64,000 nucleotides of DNA, from the NCBI GenBank assembly GCA_002687715.1, contig NZBC01000204.1, forward strand, positions 1,135-65,134. Direction: 5' to 3'. The stretch is from Planctomycetota bacterium (lineage in GTDB: Bacteria; Planctomycetota; GCA-002687715). Each line of letters opens with the position of its first letter. Within the stretch, counting starts at the first letter, position 1. Of the stretch, positions 57,842-64,000 are shown piece after piece. A program made the translations under genes and the position numbers. The notes under the pieces are model-generated. The model saw only the letters and a list, made by a program, of their open reading frames with translations. It was not told the origin of the DNA and made no database searches.

Positions 57842-58507
57842 TCAGGCTCCGCTGCTCGCGGGCGTTCTTGCGGCGACGCCCTTCGGCAGAGGCGCGCGCA
57901 ATCCGGCTGCGATGAACGGCACCAGGCGCCGCGCAGCCTCTTCCGGTACGGACACGTCGGGCGACGGACATGTTGCGATGAGTGACATCGCATCTGGACC
58001 CGCCATCGTGTAGCTCAGCGAGCCCTGCAAGAAGTGGAGCCGCCACACCAGCTCCTCCGCGGGGACGTCGGGCAGCACCTGGCGCACCGCGGTTGTGAAC
58101 CGTTCGAGGACCTCAGCGTACTGCTCCTGCACGCACGCCTGGATCGACTCGGTCGGGTCGGTGTACGACCGCGCTAGGACGCGCACGAAGCGCGCGCCAC
58201 CCTGCTCCTCGTCCGTGCTCAGCTCGAGCGCGGGGGCGATGAACGCATCGAGGATGCTCTCGACCGACGTGTTGCCACCCGCTTCGGTGGCGGCGAGCTG
58301 CTCGAGCCGCATCCGGTTCAGAGGTTGCAGCCGTCGGGCCAGGACGGCCCGGATGAGCCCGTCCTTCGAGCCGTAGTGGTAGTTCACCGCCGCGAGATTC
58401 ACGCCGGCGCGGGCGGTGATGTTCCGCATGCTCGCGGAGAACCCCACCTCCGCGAACAACTCCTCTGCGGCTTGGAGGATCGCTTCCTTTGTCCGGTCGG
58501 TCGCCAT
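57842..58507 (-). CDS. TetR-family transcriptional regulator (likely repressor of the downstream fad operon)
   Basis: MATDRTKEAILQAAEELFAEVGFSASMRNITARAGVNLAAVNYHYGSKDGL (TetR HTH). AGGAGG lies 8 nt upstream of the ATG. It is the first gene of the co-directional fad cluster. Confidence 0.9.
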   Translation of the reverse strand: MATDRTKEAILQAAEELFAEVGFSASMRNITARAGVNLAAVNYHYGSKDGLIRAVLARRLQPLNRMRLEQLAATEAGGNTSVESILDAFIAPALELSTDEEQGGARFVRVLARSYTDPTESIQACVQEQYAEVLERFTTAVRQVLPDVPAEELVWRLHFLQGSLSYTMAGPDAMSLIATCPSPDVSVPEEAARRLVPFIAAGLRAPLPKGVAARTPASSGA

Positions 58508-58527
58508 GGTCCAAGCCTCCTATCGGT

Positions 58528-58553
58528 CAATCGTACGTTTCAATCGTACGTTT
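58528..58553. promoter_or_regulatory. Two perfect tandem copies of a 13-bp unit, CAATCGTACGTTT, each pseudo-palindromic around CGTACG; candidate TetR operator
   Basis: Copies at 58528..58540 and 58541..58553, 21 bp upstream of the TetR start codon in the TetR/DUF962 divergent spacer, followed by an A9 tract. Confidence 0.55.
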
Positions 58554-58639
58554 GACAAAAAAAAGGCCGATCGGGCGTGGTAGACCGGGATCCGAAGGGG
58601 GCGCGGCCCGGATTCCGACGCTCCGAGGCGAGAATCCTC

Positions 58640-59140
58640 ATGAGCCAGCCCGTCTCGCATCGACTCACCCCCTGGTTCGCCGACTACGGTGCGCACCATA
58701 CGACCCGGGGTAACCGGCGGAGCCACCTCATCGGTATCCCCGTCCTGATGGTCGCGATCCTCGGCCTCCTGGCCCGGCTCGAGGTGACCGCGGGTGCGGA
58801 TTTCGCGACCCGACTCGATGCCGGTCGCCTCCTCTGGATCGTGGCGACGGTCTGGTACCTCTGGCTCGACTGGCGGCTTGGCCTTCCCTTCGTCCTCTTT
58901 GGCGCCGGCTGCTACCTCGGCGGGTGGTGGCTTCCGGTCCCCGCCCTGATCACGATGTTCGTCTTGGGCTGGATCATTCAGTACCTCGGCCACGCGATCT
59001 GGGAAAAGCGCGCGCCGGCATTCCATCAGAACCTGGCCCACCTGCTCATCGGTCCGCTGTGGGTGTTTGCCGAGGTGCTCGGGAGGGCGGAGGTCGAAAC
59101 CAGTCAGCCGCGCAACGCCGACGCCGCCAGCGACGGGTAG
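58640..59140 (+). CDS. DUF962 (Mpo1/YGL010w-like) membrane protein
   Basis: ATG at 58640 in ORF 58577..59140: MSQPVSHRLTPWFADYGAHHTTRGNRRSHLIGIPVLMVAILGLL...GWIIQYLGHAIWEKRAPAFHQNLAHLLIGPLWVF, the layout characteristic of DUF962 (H..H.N...H.hGhP ... GH..hE...PA). Confidence 0.65.
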   Translation: MSQPVSHRLTPWFADYGAHHTTRGNRRSHLIGIPVLMVAILGLLARLEVTAGADFATRLDAGRLLWIVATVWYLWLDWRLGLPFVLFGAGCYLGGWWLPVPALITMFVLGWIIQYLGHAIWEKRAPAFHQNLAHLLIGPLWVFAEVLGRAEVETSQPRNADAASDG

Positions 59141-60789
59141 CGCCACCACCGGGGTCGGGCTTCGAATGCGAGGGCCTTCTTCGCGAGGGCGTCGAGGTTC
59201 TGGTGGTCGGCGAACCAGGGCGGCGTCGGGGTGATGCGGAACGGCGCGTGGGCGACGGATCGCTCGGGATGGTCGAGCATCAGCGCGTTGTGGACGACGC
59301 CGATACCGGAGCCGATGTCGTCGAGGCGGTGACCCGGGAACGCACCCCAGCTGGTGGCTCCCAGGGCGAACACGATGCCGGGCCACACGTTGATGCCGAT
59401 GGCTCCGTAGCGGAGGTCGGAGAGGCGTGTCGCGAGGTGGTCGCGGATGGCGCGTTCGGTGCGGGGGTCGATGAGCAGCGCGCACGACAACGTGCCGGCG
59501 ACGTCTTGGTTCACGAACGGAATGGCGGCGTCCATGAACTTCGCAGGATCCGCGCCGTGGGGAGAGTCGAGGGCGACTACGCCGAGAAGTCCGCAGAATG
59601 CTTCTTCGCAGAGCAGCAGCTCAGCGGGATCGGGTGCGACGTCGTCGATGAGGGTCCACGGTACGTTGCCATCGGCTCCCGGCGTCAGCGATTGCGCGGC
59701 CGGATACTGCTCGCGGAACCGCTCGTAGCGCGCTCTCGAGCCAGGGTAGTAGGCGCGTCGCTCGGGCGTCCGGGCGAGCGCCGTGCGGACGGCGTCGACG
59801 AACGCGGCGCGTTGCGGCCACTCGCGAGCGACGACGAGGAGCTGGGCTGCGTTGCAGTTGAAGCTCGCGTTGTGAGTGATCATCGACGCAACGTGCCGGG
59901 CCTGAAACGCGATCTCGTGCGGGGTCCAGCGTCCAGGCACGACGATGACGGGGGTGACCGCACCGAGCTCCGAGGTGACGGGCTTGGTCAGCACGGGGTC
60001 CAGCAATGCCCTGCGTCGCGTCCGCTCATCCGGCGTCGCGCCCCAGACGATGCGATCGTGAGTCGCGGCCGATCCGGTCAAGTGCACCGTGTCGATCGCG
60101 GGGTTCGCGCACAACGCAGCGCCGACCGGGCCCTCGCCGTCGACGAACGCGAGGAACCCTGGCTCGATGAGGGGTGCGAACGCCGTCTCGAAGAACGGTC
60201 GCAGGTACGCGTTCACCGGGTTCATCTTCACGATGCACACCCGACCTTCGATGGCGAGTTGACCCAGCGCGTCGAGCGGAGGGATGGAGGAGACGTTGCC
60301 AGCGCCGAGAACGAGCGCGACCTCGCCGCCGCCCTGTTCCGGGGCGTGATAGATCCGTCCCTGGGTGGGCTCCGCACCCGGTGACAGCCACACGTCGGCG
60401 GTGAGCCCCGGGTACGTGAGTCGGTCGAGCATCGTCAGCGGGAACACGCGTACGCGTGCCCGCCGGCCGGGCGCGTTCGTCACCGGGCCGAGCCGAGGCC
60501 TCCCACCGGCTCGGAGGGACTCAGCGAGCAAGCGCAGATAGCGCGCGGTCACGAGCGGTCCGGACAATCGTTCCTCACCCGCGCCCACGGATCCCGGCGC
60601 GTGTCCCTTCGCTTCCGATGCGGCGGCAACCCACGCGTTCGCGATGCCGAGCACGCCGTCGATGCAACGGGTCATCAGCGATCCACGCTCTCTCGCGCCG
60701 ATCCGGGTCCACGCCTCCTTCTTCCCGGTGACGCGGGCGAGCGCCGCGGTCGGCAGTGACGCGTTGTTCGTCCCGGGGGAGGGTGCCAT
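59104..60789 (-). CDS. Aldehyde dehydrogenase superfamily protein
   Basis: ...VALVLGAGNVSSIPPLDAL...VCIVKMNPVN...VHLTGSAATHDRIVWG...TSELGAVTPVIVVPG (catalytic Glu block)...ASFNCNAAQLLVV (Cys block). Start inferred at ATG 60789; the tracked ORF starts at 60864. Confidence 0.7.
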   Translation of the reverse strand: MAPSPGTNNASLPTAALARVTGKKEAWTRIGARERGSLMTRCIDGVLGIANAWVAAASEAKGHAPGSVGAGEERLSGPLVTARYLRLLAESLRAGGRPRLGPVTNAPGRRARVRVFPLTMLDRLTYPGLTADVWLSPGAEPTQGRIYHAPEQGGGEVALVLGAGNVSSIPPLDALGQLAIEGRVCIVKMNPVNAYLRPFFETAFAPLIEPGFLAFVDGEGPVGAALCANPAIDTVHLTGSAATHDRIVWGATPDERTRRRALLDPVLTKPVTSELGAVTPVIVVPGRWTPHEIAFQARHVASMITHNASFNCNAAQLLVVAREWPQRAAFVDAVRTALARTPERRAYYPGSRARYERFREQYPAAQSLTPGADGNVPWTLIDDVAPDPAELLLCEEAFCGLLGVVALDSPHGADPAKFMDAAIPFVNQDVAGTLSCALLIDPRTERAIRDHLATRLSDLRYGAIGINVWPGIVFALGATSWGAFPGHRLDDIGSGIGVVHNALMLDHPERSVAHAPFRITPTPPWFADHQNLDALAKKALAFEARPRWWRYPSLAASALRG

Positions 60790-60888
60790 GCCCGCCACCC
60801 TATCAACCCCCGCTCTCTCGAGATCCCCGTCGCCATTGCGGCGTTCTTCCAAACCGGGTTCCATGATGCTCCAGCAAAAGGAGTCCGC

Positions 60889-61713
60889 ATGTTCCGGTTC
60901 ACTCTCCTGGTCGTCCTCGCCGTCGTCGTCTCGCTCGTGTCGGGTTGCGCCGTGATGGCGCCCGTGGAGAAGAACACGGAGACAATCGAGCGGAGCGTTG
61001 CCGGCATCTCCGCGAACACCGAAGCCGTACGCCGCACGTCACAAGTGATGGCGGAGCTCGGCCCTGCGCTGGAGAAGACCGCGGCACTGCGGGCGCCGAT
61101 GACCCGCCTGTCCGAACTCGAGGTGCCGTTGACGCGGGTGGCCGCGCTCGAGACGCCGTTGCGACTGGTTGCCTCGCTCGGCCCGCCCATGGAGGCCCTC
61201 GCCGACCTCGCTCCGCCGATGAAGGGTCTCGCGACCCTGCAGGGACCGATGACCGCCGTCGCGATGCTGAAGGACCCGATGACCGCCGTCGCCGCACTCG
61301 ATGGTCCCATGCGCGCCGTCGCGACCCTCGGCCCGGTGCTCGCTCGCGTCGCCGACCTCAAGACTTCCATGGACACTCTGGCCGGCTTGGACGCGAGCAT
61401 GGCCACGATGGCGAAGCTGGAGTCCCCGATGAAGGACGTCGCCGCGCTCCGCCCCGCCATGGAGAACGTCGCCAATCTGCGCGACGCCATGGCCGACCTC
61501 GCAACGCTCAAGGGCGCGCTGCGCGACGTCGCCGAGCTCCAGGCGTCGATGGATCGCGTGGCCGAGCTGAAGGGACCGATGGAGCGAGTCGCCGACGCGG
61601 CTCCCGCGATCAACCCGATCCTGCTCGCCGGGCTGCTGTTCGTCGGCCTGGCGGCCGCGATCGCGGTTGGCGTCGCGGTGGGTCTGCGCTTTGGGAGGGT
61701 GGCAGTTAGATAG
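60889..61713 (+). CDS. Lipoprotein with C-terminal TM helix, composed of 18 consecutive decapeptide repeats L-x-x-[PAS]-[ML]-x-x-[VL]-A-x
   Basis: MFRFTLLVVLAVVVSLVSGC (lipobox). Residues 57..236 read LGPALEKTAA LRAPMTRLSE LEVPLTRVAA LETPLRLVAS LGPPMEALAD LAPPMKGLAT LQGPMTAVAM LKDPMTAVAA LDGPMRAVAT LGPVLARVAD LKTSMDTLAG LDASMATMAK LESPMKDVAA LRPAMENVAN LRDAMADLAT LKGALRDVAE LQASMDRVAE LKGPMERVAD. C-terminal TM helix ILLAGLLFVGLAAAIAVGVAVGL. High GC3 in this frame. Confidence 0.75.
   Translation: MFRFTLLVVLAVVVSLVSGCAVMAPVEKNTETIERSVAGISANTEAVRRTSQVMAELGPALEKTAALRAPMTRLSELEVPLTRVAALETPLRLVASLGPPMEALADLAPPMKGLATLQGPMTAVAMLKDPMTAVAALDGPMRAVATLGPVLARVADLKTSMDTLAGLDASMATMAKLESPMKDVAALRPAMENVANLRDAMADLATLKGALRDVAELQASMDRVAELKGPMERVADAAPAINPILLAGLLFVGLAAAIAVGVAVGLRFGRVAVR
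61057..61596 (+). repeat. 18 x 30-bp imperfect in-frame tandem repeat (coding)
   Basis: Strict 10-residue periodicity: Leu at residues 57, 67, ... 227 and Met/Leu at 61, 71, ... 231 (13 Met, 5 Leu). Confidence 0.9.
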
Positions 61714-61720
61714 AGATGGC

Positions 61721-61750
61721 GGGAGCGCGGACCTGGAGATCCGCGCTCCC
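61721..61750. repeat. REP-like palindrome / bidirectional terminator between convergent genes
   Basis: GGGAGCGCGGA-CCTGGAGA-TCCGCGCTCCC: an 11-bp perfect stem. It shares GCGGACCTGGAG(G/A)TCCGCGCTCCC with the element at 3913..3938. Confidence 0.7.
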
Positions 61751-61760
61751 GAAGAGAGGC

Positions 61761-62222
61761 CTAGTAGCGGCTGAAGGCGGCGCGGCGGTAGCCGGCGATC
61801 GCCACGCTATCCCCGTTCAGGCTGTTGATGGCTGCAAGCAGGTTATTGCGAGCGGAGGCGTAGGTGGCGCGATAGCGGGTGCTGCCATGCATGCGCCACC
61901 AGTTCACGAGGGCGCTGAACGCGGCCTTGTGGGCCCCGATGCTGTTGTTGGTGGTCTGGGTGAGGCGGTTGAGGAAGCGAACGTAGCGACCTCGAGCGTT
62001 GCGGCGGACTAGTGGGTTGGTGCTCGCCATTCCCGCATTCCAGGCGGCGGCTTCACCAGCGAGGGCGCCCTGATTCGCGATGTTGGCGTTGTTCGCGGCG
62101 ACCGCTCGGCTCAGCAGACCCTGATAGCGGCGCCAGGCAGCGGAGCTCTGAGCGCTCGCGACGTCGGAAAAAGAGAAGAACGAAACGGTCAGGACGAGGG
62201 CGGTCGTGATGATGCGGCTCAT
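61761..62222 (-). CDS. Small secreted Ala/Asn-rich helical protein, function unknown
   Basis: Internal ATG (62222), AAAGGA upstream: MSRIITTALVLTVSFFSFSDVASAQ (signal peptide), then SSAAWRRYQGLLSRAVAANNANIANQGALAGEAAAWNAG...; 153 aa. Confidence 0.6.
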   Translation of the reverse strand: MSRIITTALVLTVSFFSFSDVASAQSSAAWRRYQGLLSRAVAANNANIANQGALAGEAAAWNAGMASTNPLVRRNARGRYVRFLNRLTQTTNNSIGAHKAAFSALVNWWRMHGSTRYRATYASARNNLLAAINSLNGDSVAIAGYRRAAFSRY

Positions 62223-62382
62223 GGTTAGTCCTTTCGTCAAAGAGGCTTGGGGGCCGCGGCCGTCCGCTCCATCTGGCCCCATTGCCACCCCGGGAGATCC
62301 CCGCCGGGAGCCGCGAGCGGTCAAAAAACCCCGAGGATCGCTACGATGCTCCGAAGGTAGACTCCGGGAACGAGATAGGACG

Positions 62383-62982
62383 ATGTCGCCTCCAGCCGAA
62401 GACGCGTTTTCAGGCCTGGTTGCCGGTCTTCGGGACGGCGATGAGGAGGCGGCGGCTGCGTTCTACGGGCGGTACGGCCCCCTGCTGGAGCGTCTTGCCG
62501 ACAAGAACCTCGAATCGGGAATCCGGCGGCGGGTCGGCGGCGACGAGGTGGCCCACTCGGCGTGCCGGACGTTTCTCCGTCGCATCCGCATCGGTGAGTT
62601 CTCCCTCGATGGTCGCGACGACCTCTGGAACCTGCTCTGCGCGATCACCGTTGCGAAGGTCCGCAAGAAGGTCCGCTTCCATCGCGCGCAGAAGCGCGGC
62701 GTCGGGCGCGAGATCCGTGGCACGACGGACGACGATGCGCCTTCGCCGGACGCGGTTCTACCGACCGAGGCTCTCGGCCCCGCCGATGCTGCGGAGATCG
62801 CGGACGCGGTACAGCATCTCCTCGACGGATTGAACGATGAGGAACGGCAGCTCGTCTGCTTGAAGCTCGAGCAGCGGACGGACGAGGGGGTCGCCGACGC
62901 GATCGGGTGTAGCGAGCGCACCGTTCGCAGGCTTCGCCAGCGGATCCAGGAACGCTGGCGGTCGCTCATCCCGGATGCGTGA
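62383..62982 (+). CDS. ECF-type RNA polymerase sigma factor (kinase-associated type)
   Basis: ATG at 62383 in ORF 62206..62982: sigma-2-like FYGRYGPLLERLADKNL...DEVAHSACRTFLRRIRIGEF...DLWNLLCAITVAKV; sigma-4 LNDEERQLVCLKLEQRTDEGVADAIGCSERTVRRLRQRI. Its stop overlaps the kinase start (TGATG). Confidence 0.8.
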   Translation: MSPPAEDAFSGLVAGLRDGDEEAAAAFYGRYGPLLERLADKNLESGIRRRVGGDEVAHSACRTFLRRIRIGEFSLDGRDDLWNLLCAITVAKVRKKVRFHRAQKRGVGREIRGTTDDDAPSPDAVLPTEALGPADAAEIADAVQHLLDGLNDEERQLVCLKLEQRTDEGVADAIGCSERTVRRLRQRIQERWRSLIPDA

Positions 62983-64000
62983 TGGCAGCTGTCGACGAAT
63001 CGGCGCGTCAGCGATTCGAAACCGCCCGTCGAGCCGGTGACGACGAGGACCTCGAGGCGTTCCTTCCCGCCGTAGGGGACCCTCGTCGTCTGGCGACGCT
63101 GGTCGAGCTGCTGTGCATCGAACGTGAATTCCAGTGGAAGGAGCATGCCCAGGACGGCGCCGCGCCCCCGCCGCCTCTCGACGCTCTCCTCGAGCGCTTC
63201 CCCGCTCTCGGTGACGACGATCGGTCCACGGTCGTGGATGAGGAGGCAGGGCTCGTGGACCGCTTCGGCGGTGGCGACGATGCGACGCGGTGCGAACGCG
63301 CCTCATCCCACGCCGCGGACTCCGCACGAACCCAGGTCCTCGGCGAGTCAGGCTCCGCCGGCTGGACGTTCGCCGACCGCGTCGGCGCGGTCCCGGCCGT
63401 GAACCCAGGATCGCAGATCGGGCGCTACGAGGTCCGGTCCTTGCTCGGACGCGGCGGCTTTGCGCAGGTGTGGCGAGCGTACGACCCGAAGCTGAAGCGC
63501 GAGATCGCGCTCAAGCTGACCCGGGCTGATCTCGCCGACTGTTCCGAGCAGACGGAGCGCGTCCGCCGCGAGGCGCAAAGCGCCGCGCGACTGCAGCACC
63601 CGGCCATCGTCCCGGTGTACGAAGTCGGCGAGCACGGCGGCTGTCCGTACATCGTGAGCGGGCTCCTCCCCGGGCCTGACCTCGCGGCGGCGTTGCGCAA
63701 AGGGCGGCCTGATCCAGATCGCGCCGTCCGCATGGTCCTCCGCCTCGCGCACGCGGTCGAGTACGCGCATCAGTGCGGTATCGTCCATCGCGACATCAAG
63801 CCCGCGAACATCCTCCTCGACGACGACGAAGAGCCGGTGCTGACCGACTTCGGCCTCGCGCACCAGGATGACGCCGAAGTCAGCATGACGCAGGAGGGCG
63901 ATCTCCTGGGCACGCCGGGCTACATGTCCCCCGAGCAGGCGCGCGGCGAGAAGGACGTCGATGCCCGCAGCGACGTCTACGCCCTCGGAGTTGTTCTCTA
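62982..64000 (+). CDS. Ser/Thr protein kinase (Hanks type), partial; runs off the right edge
   Basis: Own translation from ATG 62982: MAAVDESARQRFETARRAGDDEDLEAFLPAVGDPRRLATLVELLCIEREFQWKE... then IGRYEVRSLLGRGGFAQVWRAYDPKLKREIALK (GxGxxG...AxK), IVHRDIKPANILL, LTDFGLA, GTPGYMSPEQ. Absent from the ORF track because it is open-ended. Confidence 0.9.
   Translation, partial: MAAVDESARQRFETARRAGDDEDLEAFLPAVGDPRRLATLVELLCIEREFQWKEHAQDGAAPPPPLDALLERFPALGDDDRSTVVDEEAGLVDRFGGGDDATRCERASSHAADSARTQVLGESGSAGWTFADRVGAVPAVNPGSQIGRYEVRSLLGRGGFAQVWRAYDPKLKREIALKLTRADLADCSEQTERVRREAQSAARLQHPAIVPVYEVGEHGGCPYIVSGLLPGPDLAAALRKGRPDPDRAVRMVLRLAHAVEYAHQCGIVHRDIKPANILLDDDEEPVLTDFGLAHQDDAEVSMTQEGDLLGTPGYMSPEQARGEKDVDARSDVYALGVVL

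Noticed and set aside
60675-61613. 312-aa minus-strand ORF antisense to the decapeptide-repeat gene
   Set aside because: It is also periodic, being the mirror of the repeat. However, it lacks a signal peptide and TM helix and is Ser/Ala/Arg-rich, whereas the + frame has a lipobox, a TM helix and high GC3. The + frame is preferred, though expression data would settle it.

Overview
GC-rich 64-kb chromosomal segment (third codon positions are almost all G/C) spanning the replication-initiation gene block of a diderm bacterium. The gene content suggests Planctomycetota or a neighbouring phylum, by inference only: an ECF sigma coupled to a Ser/Thr kinase, an orphan MglA GTPase, a membrane-anchored cyclophilin-like protein, TatA with a long acidic tail, many TPR proteins and lipoproteins, and bacillithiol genes. 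Left to right the window holds: an M16 peptidase (partial), truD, nadK and an orphan family-5 solute-binding lipoprotein; a frameshifted TonB-dependent receptor - YfiR/DUF4154 - hybrid histidine kinase module; a ~1000-aa secreted M36-like metalloprotease followed by two TPR proteins and a Cys/Met PLP enzyme; an HNH endonuclease and a small Zn-ribbon protein with a (TQNLL)n tandem repeat; parB plus a ParA homologue with a degenerate Walker A and two parS-like palindromes; two metallophosphoesterase-fold genes next to a 457-aa protein ending in an HPr domain; a sugar transferase and an RpoD-family sigma factor; a seven-gene tightly coupled string hemW-pabA/trpG-pyrF-methyltransferase-bshC-bshB-bshA; mglA and a cysteine desulfurase; dnaA-dnaN-dciA(DUF721)-gyrB with no recF in between; an HDOD-GGDEF protein and tatA; a secreted protein plus GT-C glycosyltransferase pair; a TetR-headed fadE-fadD-fadN-fadA beta-oxidation operon; DUF962 and an ALDH-family enzyme; a lipoprotein built from 18 consecutive decapeptide repeats; and an ECF sigma/Ser-Thr kinase pair running off the right edge. 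I saw no rRNA, tRNA, CRISPR array, transposase or integrase. Most long ORFs in the six-frame track that lie antisense to, or out of frame with, these genes are high-GC artefacts. The best candidates for something undescribed are: (1) the [unknown ~355-aa domain]-HPr fusion with its degenerate phosphoesterase partner, (2) the decapeptide-repeat, doubly anchored lipoprotein beside the ECF/kinase pair, (3) the Walker-A-degenerate ParA, and (4) the repeat-bearing Zn-ribbon protein next to the HNH nuclease. All calls rest on reading the translations by eye; no database search was run.
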